Of a stretch of 64,000 bases of DNA, positions 12,501 through 23,400 are shown in pieces; position 1 is the stretch's first letter, and each line of letters starts with the position of its first letter. Below the pieces are notes generated by a model, which did no database searches, was not told where the DNA came from, and saw only the letters and a list, made by a program, of their open reading frames with translations. The stretch comes from Leucoraja ocellata (lineage: Eukaryota). A program made the position numbers and the translations under genes. The DNA is taken from NCBI GenBank assembly GCA_036785375.1, contig JAWMAR010000070.1, positions 4,836,001 through 4,900,000 of the forward strand, read 5' to 3'.

Positions 12501-15500
12501 AAGTTTATGGGTTTAATCCCCAAATTCAAAACATTCTTGTTTGGTAGTTTGGAATAATCTTATAATCTTCTCTGATAGTAATTTATTTAGCTTAAATTTC
12601 AGAATTAAAATTTTGTTATGTTTATCCATAGTTGGATCTTTAGCATTATCTATATCTAGTTGTCTGATTTGTTCTTCTAATTGTCTTTGTTCATTTTTAT
12701 TCTTTTTGTTTTGAAAAGCTTGATACGAGATAATGACTCCTCTAATAAATGCTTTGAAGGATTCCCATAATAAAGTAGGCGAAATATCTGGTGTATCATT
12801 TATCTCAAAAAATAGATCCATTTGTTTTTTTAGATATATACTCCCTTGTGGGTCTTTCAAAATTTGCGAGTTAAACCTCCAGAACGATGTGTTCATAGAG
12901 ATTCCTTCCAATTTTAAAACAAAAGATAGCGGGGAATGATCTGAAATCGTATTAGTGTGGTATTTAGGGTTAAGAGTATAAGGAATTAGTTTTGAATCCA
13001 CTAGGAAATAGTCTATGCGTGAGTATGTTTTATGCACCATTGAATAAAACGAGTATTCCCTTCCAGTCGGGTTCGCGATCCTCCAAACGTCTCCTATATT
13101 TGTATTTTTTATATATGTATTTAAGAGTTCACTAGTTTTAGATTTCCTATTACCTCTTTGTTTTTGCATCGATTTATCTAAATACGGATCTAAAGCACAG
13201 TTGAAGTCTCCTCCAATTATAACATTTTGGTAGTTGGATTCTGCGATTTTATTCAGAATTTTATTAAAAAATTGAGGATTATCAACATTGGGCGCATATA
13301 TGTTTACCAAGGTGATTGGCGTAGCATAAATCTCTCCTGTGACTATAAGGTATCTCCCTTCCTTATCTGATATAATATTCTTTGATTTGAATGGTATTCC
13401 TTTGCGAATAATAATTGCGGTGCCTCTAGGTTTCGATGTGTATGAGGAGTGAAATGTTTGGCCTATCCATTTCGCCCTCAATCTCATCTGGTCTTGATGT
13501 TTAAGGTGCGTTTCTTGAAGAAACGAAATGTCCGTGTTATATGATTTCAACTGAGCTAGTATTTTGCCCCTTTTAATTGGTTCATTAATACCCCTTATAT
13601 TCCAGCTCCAGCTGTGATTCCTCCTTTAATGTCCAAAAACTTAATTCACTTTATCTCCACAAGGGTCTCAAACAAGCCGCCCAGACATGGTCATCACCAC
13701 CTCTGCAACAATAAACAGAAGGGCTCGGACCACCCTGCCTCAAGATGCACCAAGCACCCGGGCAGCAAGTTCCACTGAGTCTCATGGTTCAACACTTCCA
13801 AACAGGTTAGTAACTCGAAGAGCCAACTCAGCCTCACCTGAGAACAAATTAGTTAAGTTCAATTCAGCTCAGTTTAAAGATACAGCGTGGAAATGGACCC
13901 CTTGACCCACCGAGTCCGCTCTGAGCAGCGATCACCCCATACACCAGTTCTGTTCTACACACTAGGGGCAACTTACTACAAACCCGCACGTCTTTGGAAT
14001 GTGGGAGGAAACTGGAGAACCCAGAGTAAACTCTTGCGATCACAGGGAGAACGTACAGACTCTGCACTGACAGCACCGGTATCAGGATCAACCCCGCGTC
14101 TACTGTGCTGTGAGGCAGCAACTCTACCGCTGAGCTGACATCTCAATGGGCGAGCCTCATGTCTAGATCAAGGGGCTTGGTCCATCTATGGTGGCCTAGG
14201 AAGGATCCTTGCTCAAATCTCAGGTTTGGGATTCGAATCAAGAATCTCCCCACACAGAGCAAGATCGCCCCCAACTGAAGCATCTCCCACACGTCACTAA
14301 AGTGGCACAGAACGTGATTATAAACATTTAATGTTCAAAGACTTCATTCACTTTATCTTCACAAGGGTCTCAAACATATCACCCAGATATCCTCACCACT
14401 TTGGTGCGTGTGTGTGGGGGGGGGGGGGGGGGGGGGGGGTTGCACGGTGGCGCAGCGGTAGATTTGCTGCCTTACAATGCTTGTAGCGCCGGAGACCCAG
14501 GTTCGAACCCGACTACAGGTGCTGCCTGTACGGGGTTTGTACGTTATCCCACGACCGCATGGGTTTTCTCTGAGATCTTTGATTTCCTCCAACACTCTAA
14601 AGACATACAAGTATGTAAGTAGATTGGCTTGGCGTATGTGTCAATTGCCCCTAGTGTGTGTAGCCTAGTGTTAGTGTGCGAGGATCGCTGATCGGTGTGG
14701 ACTCCATGGGCCGTCGGGCCTGTTTCCGCGCTATATCTCAAAATTAAACTAAACTGGATTAAAATATGGTCACCACCACCTGAGGAACCACCACACCCAC
14801 TCTGCCTCCGGAAGCATCGACCACCAGGGGCTCCTGGTTCATCGCCTCGACACAGGTCAGTGACTCAAAGTCCCAGTACTTTGAGAAAGCGTGGCTGATC
14901 ACATTCCAGTCCATTGATAAATACTCCTTGGCACTGACTAAAGTCCCTCTGTCCTTAGTACACCCAGTGGCCCTACCATTGTGAATGTCTACCCTTATTT
15001 GATGCCAAAAACAAATAACTTCACACTTATCACGGTTCAATTTCTGCTGGCATTGCTCTGCCCAACATACCAGTTGCTTCTTATCCCTCTGTGGTCTATG
15101 ATTATCGTACTATCCAAAATGATACAATGTTGGTGTAATCTGTAAACTCGTAAATCATACTTCCAACATTAACATCTAAGGCCGGCAGATGGGACTAGTG
15201 TAGATAAGGACATCTTGGTCGGCGTGGGGGAAATTGGGTCAAAGGACATGTTTTCGTGCTCTATGTCTGACCATCAAAATGAACATCTAAGTTGTTAATG
15301 TATGTAGTCATGGAACACCTCCAAGGAATGGGTGCATGTTGCGATATCAACATCTCACCAATGTCCACGCCAAAACCATGGATCACACTGAATGATTCCG
15401 TGTGCAATATGATGAAAGAAAATTGCCAGCGTTGATCTGTGGTAACTCTGTGTGGAAGTAATAATATTTCCTTGGATTTCCAGGGACATCGTGCTGAACA

Positions 15501-16997
15501 TCGTTTGCCGTGTTTGGGGTGTGTTACGCTGGGTACTCTTTGGAATTCTGCTTCTCTTCCCGGTTTCCATCAGCTGTGTGACAACTTTGAAAAGGTGAAA
15601 GTTTGCAATCTCTTCACTCTGATGTTCACATTAAATTCAACTGGAAATGATGGGAATTTACTTTCGATTTGTAGAGATAAAGTGTGGACATACAGTGCCC
15701 TCCGTAATGTTTGGGACAAAGACCCTTCATTTATTTATTTGCCTCTGTATTCCACAATTTGAGATTTGTAGTTGAAAAAATCACATGTGGTTAAAGTGCA
15801 CATTGTCAGATTTTATTAAAGGGTATACAGCCAATCAAGTCCGCACCGACCAATGATCACCCCGTACACGCGCACTATCCTACACACGAGGGACAATTTA
15901 CAATTATACAGAGGCCAATTAACCTACAAAACTACACATCTTTGGATTGTGGTAAGAAACCGGAGCACCTGGATAAAACCCACGCTGTCACAGGCAGAAC
16001 ATACAAACTCCGTACAGACAGCACCCGTAGTCATGATCAAACCCGGGTCTCTGACGCTGTAAGGCAGCAACTCTACCGCTGCGCCACTGTGCCGCCCTGG
16101 GTCATTTCCTCGGGTAAAATTTGATGGTGGAGATTATAAACTGTGTTTTAATTGTTATTCAAGGAAAAAAACAGCCAAGACCTTGGAGATGGGGTCGGCA
16201 GTGGTGGAGGAAGGAGAGGAACAGCGCCGGTGAGCTGGCTGGGTGAGGCCTCACCTCGCATGGAGACGGCCGTGGGAGGCGAGAGGAAAGGGTGCGTTGG
16301 TGGGTCGAGGTGTGGGCGGAGTGCGAGTGGGCTGCTGGAGGCCCTGCAGCAGCCGGTGGATCGGGTACCGCTGGAGGCCCCACAGAGGTTGGGGACGAGC
16401 GCACGGATCGGACACGGCCTGCAGCGGCACGGAGCGGTGGTGGAGGCACCGACAACATCGCCAGGCCAGGCCGACCCCTGCAACTCCCACCCAGTGCCGT
16501 CTCCATGACAACGGGCCTTTAAGCCCAAAATAAAATGGGCCTTTAAGCCCAGTTTGATGTTTAAGAATATAAGATACTGCCAGAAATGTGGCAACTCTTG
16601 TGTACTGCATCATATAATCTGCTATTAATACTCTTGTTCTTAGCTTCAGCTGTGCTTATATCAAGTAAGATTTTTACTGAATTCTATACAAAAGAAATGT
16701 CACTGTACCCATGTGCATGAGACAATAAAGTACCATTGAACCATTGAACAATGGGGATATAAAAACGGTTAAATGATTACGTATTGAACTGTGGACACGC
16801 GTTAGAAGAATAAGATAAAAATGAAGGGTAATCGTTATATCAATATTGTTATTCTGACGGAATGACGCCCAATAATCATCGTTTAGCTTTTCAGGGCCAG
16901 AGAGGGTGTTCACCAGTTGGAGATGTACAAATCTCATCACCTTGACCCTACAGCATCACCACACCACACCTATGTCCAATCTACCTTGACCACTTGA
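3435..16997 (+). CDS. Gene A: two-Ig-V-domain CD300/pIgR-like (MDIR-like) type I membrane receptor, 364 aa, join(3435..3531,6798..7121,7932..8249,13664..13805,15484..15594,16895..16997)
   Basis: Six exons with GT/AG boundaries and compatible phases (1,1,1,2,2) total 1095 nt with no internal stop. They encode signal peptide, two V-set domains, mucin stalk, TM and tail. The last exon is the least certain. Confidence 0.85.
3785..4148 (+). mobile_element. Short CR1 3' fragment in intron 1 (copies near 40475-40835 and 57660-58020)
   Basis: KGLDRVD...SRTRG...WNSLP peptide and a typical 3' tail. Confidence 0.7.
4935..5232 (+). mobile_element. Rex1/Babar-like LINE fragment, 3'-deleted (same deletion in C at about 41652-41929)
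   Basis: Same peptide as the D copy, ending at HPSHHI. Confidence 0.75.
6798..7121 (+). CDS. Gene A Ig V1 exon (type alpha)
   Basis: cccacag| ... GAAG|gtaagt; GQSVTVEC, W, DEGLYWC V-set motifs; 324 nt. Confidence 0.95.
7932..8249 (+). CDS. Gene A Ig V2 exon (type gamma)
   Basis: tccacag| ... GAAG|gtacgt; DEGYYWC; 318 nt. Confidence 0.95.
9454..13627 (-). mobile_element. L1-clade LINE, 5'-truncated (ORF2 + 3'UTR + poly-A), degenerate, in the gene A V2-stalk intron
   Basis: APE endonuclease motifs (FLQETH, GDFN, YSRIDY, SDHSP), RT (PGPDG, LDAEKAFD, LYADD) and T-tract at the left end. Several frameshifts/stops. Empty site in B and D. Confidence 0.93.
13664..13805 (+). CDS. Gene A Ser/Thr-rich stalk exon
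   Basis: ctccacaag| GSQTSRPDMVITTSAT...STLPN |gttagt; phase 1 to 2. Confidence 0.8.
14366..14855 (+). pseudogene. Duplicate stalk pseudo-exon disrupted by a SINE (copies at 30300-30792 and 51056-51555)
   Basis: Same acceptor context (cttcacaag|ggtctcaaaca) and similar 3' end (...cacag|gt) as the functional stalk; upstream intron also duplicated. Confidence 0.7.
14438..14755 (+). repeat. tRNA-derived SINE inside the duplicate stalk exon (copies at 30377-30692 and 51138-51455)
   Basis: A box GTGGCGCAGCGG, B box GGTTCGA(A/T)CC, (taaac)n tail. Confidence 0.8.
15484..15594 (+). CDS. Gene A transmembrane exon (R)DIVLNIVCRVWGVLRWVLFGILLLFPVSISCVTTLK(R)
   Basis: atttccag| acceptor at phase 2, matching the stalk; hydrophobic span with Arg. 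Confidence 0.85.
15693..15822 (+). mobile_element. Tc1/mariner-like terminal fragment (copies at 31413-31542 and 52386-52515)
   Basis: TA|CAGTGCCCTCC(G/A)TAATGTTTGGGAC: TA target plus CAGTG terminus; no partner end seen. Confidence 0.55.
16895..16997 (+). CDS. Gene A putative cytoplasmic exon (R)AREGVHQLEMYKSHHLDPTASPHHTYVQSTLTT*
   Basis: gcttttcag| acceptor, phase-2 compatible, conserved in A/B/C, followed by a conserved AATAAA about 400 nt downstream. Confidence 0.55.
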
Positions 16998-17391
16998 GGA
17001 GGAATTTCTTTAGCTAGAGGATGATGAATCTGTGGAATTCATTGCCACAGGCGGCTGTGGAGGCCAAGTCAATGGATATTTTTAAATTGGAGATTGACAG
17101 GTTTATTCAGGGTGTCAAAGGTTGAGGGGAGAAGGCAGGAGAATGGGATGGAGGGGGAAAGATAGATCATCCATGATTGAATGGCGGAGTAGACTCGATG
17201 GAGCAAATGGCCGAATTCTGCACCTATGTTTGCAGACACGTCTGTACATCCTGACATTCACCCAAAAGACAGCAGAACATAGACTAGAACTCAAAGCTGG
17301 CTTTCCAGAATGTGAACTTTTAACTTTATTACCAAATTAATTGCTGTGGAAAACCCGGTACATTGAATAATGATTAAAATAATCAAACGTA

Positions 17392-17397
17392 AATAAA
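17392..17397 (+). terminator. Candidate polyadenylation signal AATAAA (also 33111-33116 and 54087-54092)
   Basis: Conserved in A/B/C about 400 nt after the stop; similarity of A to B/C breaks down about 30 nt further on. Confidence 0.5.
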
Positions 17398-17775
17398 GAT
17401 GGCTGAATTTTTGTCATAAAGTCATGTGAAAAGAGTAGTATTAGGCCATTCGGCCCATCAAGTCTACTTCACCATTCAATCATGGCTGATCTATCTCTTA
17501 CTCCCAACCCCATTCTCCAGCCTTCTCCCCATAACCTGTGACACATGTACTAATTAAGAATCTATCTGGTGACGTGAGTGGACGTACCTGATCACGTTTG
17601 GCGTTGTCTTATTTCACCTGGGTAATGTTTCAACAGATGAGAAGCTGAGGAAGGCTGGACAAATTAGTGACGTGCATTTTGAGGTGGGTAAACAGATCAC
17701 AAGCTCGCACGTTCCAGGAGTAGAATTTGGCCATTCGGCCCATCGAGTCTACTCCACCATTCAAACATGGCTGAT

Positions 17776-20037
17776 GGTTGAGTTCTTCATTAGGATGGAG
17801 GGTGACATTGTTAATTCAGAAACAAGGGTCCTGAACTTAAAGAAAGGTAACTTTGAGGGTATGAGAAGTGAATTGGCCAAGATAGACTGGCAATTGATTC
17901 TTAAAGGGTTGACGGCGGATATGCAATGGAAGGCATTTATAGGCTGCATGGATGAACTACAACAATTGTTCATCCCAGTTTGGCAAAAGAATAAATCAGG
18001 GAAGCTAGTGCATCCGTGGATAACAAAGAAAATCGGGGATAGTATCAAAACAAAAGATGAAGCATACAAATTAGCCAGAAAAGGCAGCCTACCAGAGTCC
18101 AGCAGAGGAGGGCAAAGGGGTTAATTAGGAAAGGGAAAATAGATTATGAAAGAAAACTGTCAGGGAACATAAAAACTGACTGCAAAAGTTTTTATAGATA
18201 TGTGAAGAGAAAAAGATTAGTGACAACAAATGTAGGTCCCTTCCAGTCAGAAACAGGTGAATTGATCATGGGGAACAAGGACATGGCAGACCAATTGAAT
18301 AACTACCTTGGTTCTGTCTTCACTAAGGAAGACATAAATAATCTGCCGGAAATAGCAGGGGACCGGGGTCAAATGAGATGGAGGAACTGAGTGAAATCCA
18401 GGTTAGCCGGGAAGTGGTGTGAGGTAAATTGAATGGATTAAAGACCGATAAATCCCCAGGGCCAGATAGGCTGCATCCCAGAGTACTTAAGGAAGTAGCC
18501 CCAGAAATAGTGGATGCATTAGTGATAATTTTTGAACACTCTTTAGATTCTGGAGTAGTTCCTGAGGATTGGAGGGTAGCTAATGTAACCCCACTTTTTA
18601 AAAAGGGAGGGAGAGAGAAAGTGGGGAATTACAGACCAGTTAGTCTAACGTCCGTAGTGGGGAAAATGCTGGAGTCAGTTATTAAAGATGGGATAGCAGC
18701 ACATTTGGAAAGTGGTGAAATCATTGGACAAAGTCAGCATGGATTTATGAAAGGTAAATCATGTCTGACGAATCTTTTAGAATTTTTCAGGATGTAACTA
18801 GTAGAGTGGATAAGGGAGAACCAGTGGATGTGTTATATCTGGACTTTCAGAAGGCTTTCGATAAGGTCCCACATAAGAGATTAGTGTACAAACTTAAAGC
18901 ACATGGTATTGGGGGTTCAGTATTGATGTGGATAGAGAACTGGCTGGCAGACAGGAAGCAACGAGTAGGAGTAAACGGGTCCTTTTCAGAATGGCAGGCA
19001 GTGACTAGTGGGGTACCGCAAGGCTCAGTGCTGGGACCCCAGCTATTTACCATATATATTAATGATTTGGACGAGGGAATTGAATGCAACATCTCCAAGT
19101 TTGCAGATGACACGAAGCTGGGTGGCAGTGTTAGCTGTGAGGAGGATGCTAGGAGGCTGCAAGCATAGGCTTGGATAGGCTGGGTGAGTGGGCAAATGCA
19201 TGGCAGATGCAATATAATGTGGATAAGTGTGAGGTTATCCACTTTGGTGACAAAAACAGGAAAGTAGATATTATCTGAATGGTGGACGATTAGGAAAAGG
19301 GGAGATGCAATGAGACCTGGGTGTCATGGTACACCAGTCATTGAAAGTAGGCATGCAGGTGCAGCAGGCAGTGAAGAAAGCGGATGGTATGTTAGCATTC
19401 ATAGCAAAAGGATTTGAGTATAGGAGCAGGGAGATTCTACTGCAGTTGTACAGGGTCTTGGTGAGACCACACCTGGAGTATTGCGTACAGTTTTGGTCTC
19501 CTAATCTGAGGAAAGACATTCTTGCTATAGAGGGAGTACAGAGAAGGTTCACCAGACCGATTCCTGGGATGTCAGGACTTTCATATGAAGAAAGACTGGA
19601 TAGACTTGGCATGTACTCGTTAGAATTTAGAAGATTGAGTGGGGATCTTATAGAAACGTATAAAATTCTTAAGGGGTTGGACAGGCTATATGCAGGAAGA
19701 TTGTTCCCGATGTTGGGGAAGTCCAGAACAAGGGGTCACAGTTTAAGGATAAGGGGGAAATCTTTTAGGACCGAGGTGAGAAAAACATTTTTCACTCAGG
19801 AGTGGTGAATCTCTGGAATTCTCTGCCACAGAAGGTAGTTGAGGCCAGTTCATTAGCTATATTTAAGAGGGAGATAGATATGACCCTTGTGGCTAAAAGG
19901 ATCAGGGGGTATGGAGAGAAAGCAGGTACGGGATACTGAGTTGGATGATCAGCCATGATCTTATTGAATGGCGGTGCAGGCTCGAAGGGCTGAATGGCCT
20001 ACTCCTGCACCTAATTTTCATGTTTCTATGTTTCTAT
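17776..20037 (+). mobile_element. CR1-clade LINE, 5'-truncated, inserted about 360 bp upstream of the gene B ATG
   Basis: [44 protein letters not shown] motifs; (tttctatg)n tail; splits 'catggctgat|ctctgcc', which is contiguous in A, C and D. Confidence 0.9.
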
Positions 20038-20396
20038 CTCTGCCTCCTAATCCCATACAAGTTCAGACAGTGTGGGGGAGGGGATTGAGGGGCAAGGGAA
20101 TGTTTGCGGTGGTGGACAGAGCGCCAGTCAAGCGGGTAAACGTCAACAGGATGAAGCAGAGCTTCGAGGAAATGCTCCAATCCAGGCAACTGGAGAGTGT
20201 TGTAGCCCACTCCTGATAGGGGCATTGTCCGTGGTGAGGAGGCTGGGGGAGGTGGCAAGTGAGTCACCAAGTTTCCAATCACTGCAAAGTCGATTCCTGA
20301 GTAAACGGAAATTGACGGTTTGACTTCAGTTGTGAATGAGGAAGAGGACAACTCAAACGCAGTGCAGGGACCAAACCGATCCAACGTAGCCGAGAC

Positions 20397-20493
20397 ATGG
20401 CGGTGGGACAGGGAGAATTCACCCACCAGAGACGGCCCAGATCCAGGGGAACAGTCGCTCTGTTGGTTCTTGTCGCTGTTGGTCTCACATCAG
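20397..20493 (+). CDS. Gene B leader exon
   Basis: Paralog of the A leader, ends ...VGLTS G|gtaaat. Confidence 0.85.
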
Positions 20494-23400
20494 GTAAATC
20501 GTTGTTTTACAAAATGCTCTCTTCTTTAGAATTACTTACTAGCGCCTTGAATTATTTGTAACCACAGACCTCTCTGTACTGTGTGGGGAGCTGATGATAA
20601 ATTGCTCAACACTCGTTAGTTCCTGTAAAGACTTCCATCAGCGGTTGTTGTCGTGTTGTGTGCAGCCAAGTCGCACAGGCTAGCTCCCTGTGGAGAAGGG
20701 AGATAACTATCTACAGCTTGCCTTGCCTTGTGGACCTCATTGAAATTTACTGAATAGTGAAAGGCCTGGATAGAGTGGATGGGGTGAGGATGTTTCCACT
20801 AGTGGGAGGGTGTAGGGCCAGAGGCCACAGCCTCAGAATTAAAATCCGCAGCTGGCCCTGTTGATCTTGGGTGTAGGGGTAACTCTTGGCCCCAGAACAG
20901 AGAGTTTACTCCACTATTCTGGTGCAAACTATCTCCAGGTGAACTTTCTCAGTGACTTGAGAGAGCAGACAGCAGATCGGCAAAGTGCCTGGGCAAAGTG
21001 ACATCACCTCCAGCAGTGGCGAGTTCCACCGGTACCGCACTCCCTCAGTCCTCGAGCTTCGGGAGTGGGAGTTGAACCAACGACTCTCTGACTCGGTGAC
21101 CAGAGTGCCACACGCTGACCTTTCGCTGGATGTCAATGCGGGCCTTTGGTGTGGCTCAGTTAGCCTGGGATTGAAGTTGTCCTCCTCTCCCCAACGAGAA
21201 TTCTGCAACACCCTGCCTCGCTGTTCCCCCTCTGTGATTCCACCTGCTCTCCGGCTCTGCGATCTACAATTCCTTCTCACCATCTGCTTCGATCTGTCGT
21301 TTTCACGCCTTACCCCTTGCATATCTGTTGACTTCCTCCGCCCTCCGACACTCGGTCTGAAGAAGGGTCTCGGCCCGAAACGCCACCCATTCCTTCTCTC
21401 CAGAGATGCCGCCTGATCCGCTGAGTTACTCCAGCATTTAGTGTCTATCAAAGACACACGGCACTCCCTCCACGCACTGCAATGGGAAATATTGAACCTA
21501 AACCTTAACACATTCAAAGAAAAAACCTGTGAAAGCCAGCCATTGGGAACAGGCGGGCATCTCAAATGAGGAAGCACCAGAGTGACTGTCCAATTTAGCA
21601 TTTGGAGAAGTTGTGGTAATCTCTCCCTTCTAAGAAAAACCAGCTGCCTTACAACAGACTCTGCTGCTCGAGCTGTTCTTCACACTTTGCTTTCCCCAGC
21701 CTCTGAGTTCTGCTTCAAGGCATTTGTCTTGTGGCTTGTGAGTCGACCTGGACTGATCTGATAATGTGTCTCCACCCCAGCTCCTGAATCTGCAGAGTTT
21801 CACATGTGTTAGAGTCATAGAGTGATACAGTGTGGAAACAAGCCCTTCGGCCCAACATGCCCACACCGGCCAACATGTCTCAGCAACACTAGTTGTCCAT
21901 GTTTGGCTAAACTTGTCCTATCCATATCCTATCCCTTCATACTTCACTTATCCATGTACCTGTCTAACTGTTTCTTAAACGATGGGATAGTCCCTGCCTC
22001 AACTACCTCCCCTGGCAGCTTCATCCATACACCCACCAGCCTTTGAGTGAAAAAGACACCTCATGGTTATTCCAGGTGGACGTGGAGTTTGAAACATCAG
22101 TGGCAGATCCAGCTTCCACCGCAGGCCTGGAAGTTTAGTTCAATGGGGCACAACGTGCTGGCGTAACTCTTCTTGTTCTTGGTTCTTGGTTTCTTGGTCC
22201 TCCAAAATATTCCAAATGGAATTTAAACTGGAGGTGGTGAAGGGAGGGATTAAGCCAGAAAGGGTTATTGGGAAGAAAGAGCTACTTTAAATTTAGTTGC
22301 ATCTGGTTGGGTAACTATAGTTGGGTGGAGATTATTCCATGCTTTAATTGTGCGGGGGAAGAACGAATTGCTGTACACATCTGTCTTTGTAGCTGGGATC
22401 ACAAATTGGATCGAATGCCCTCGTCTGCTAATTGGTTTGGGTTCGGTGTAGGTCTTGTAATCTATGTCTAGCTGACCATTTAACATTTTGTAAAAACAGG
22501 TTAAACGGTGAGCTTCACGTCTGTCTTGGAGTGGGTTCCACCCCAGAGAATTCAGAAGTTTGGTGACACTCGCTTCTCTGTCATAGGTGTTAGTAACAAA
22601 TCGAGCTGCCTGTCTTTGGACATGTTCGATGGAAGAAATGTTTTTATTTGTGTATGGGTCCCATGCTTCAACTGCGTAGTCCAAATGAGGTCTAACGAGG
22701 GTGAAATACAGCTTCTCCTTGACAGAAGTTGAACAATGATGAAAGTTGTGCCTCAGGAATTTTAGGACACCTGTTGCTTTCACCGTTGCATGATGAGTCT
22801 GACCATTCCAACGCAGATCATTCTGCAATTTGATGCCAAGATACTTGGTTTGTTTGGATTCTTCAAGAGTGGCACCAAGTATGTTGTAAGATGGATTCCT
22901 CTTTCTGGTGACACGCATGGTTTCACATTTGGAAGGGTTGAACTGCATGCCCCATTGTTGTGACCACTCAACCATAGTATCGAGATCCTTTTGGAGAGCA
23001 TCTTCATCATCAGCTGACTTAATTGGACGGTACAGCAAACAATCATCAGCGAATAGTCTGGTCGTACTTGCGACTTTTTCATGGATGTCATTTATGTAAA
23101 GCAAAAATAGGTGTGGGCCAAGTACTGTGCCCTGGGGTGTACCACTCAACACTGGATGCCAATTGGAGCTCTTTCCATTCACACACACATGCTGAAGATG
23201 TTTTGTCAGGAAACTGGAAATCCATTGTTTCGTGTTGGAACGAATACCATAGAAGTGAAGCTTCCGAAGCAGTCTCTGGTGTGGGATGACATCAAATGAT
23301 TTAGAAAAGTCCAGCACAACTAGAAAAGTCCAGCACAACTCAGTAGGTCAGGCAGTATCTCACGGTATCCCACAGATGCTGCCTGACCTGCTGAGTCACC

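Larger units (their letters stand above)
548..17425 (+). repeat. Segmental duplication unit A, highly similar to 37235-54120 (offset about 36.7 kb)
   Basis: Collinear near-identity by eye, including the L1 and the Rex deletion; the V1 exon is the main exception. Confidence 0.9.

Noticed and set aside
14445-14520. tRNA genes
   Set aside because: The A/B boxes belong to SINE heads followed by a SINE body and tail; no complete cloverleaf is evident.
16915-16990. ITAM/ITIM in the cytoplasmic exon
   Set aside because: EMYKSH and HTYVQS lack the hydrophobic +3 residue, and the spacing does not fit an ITAM.
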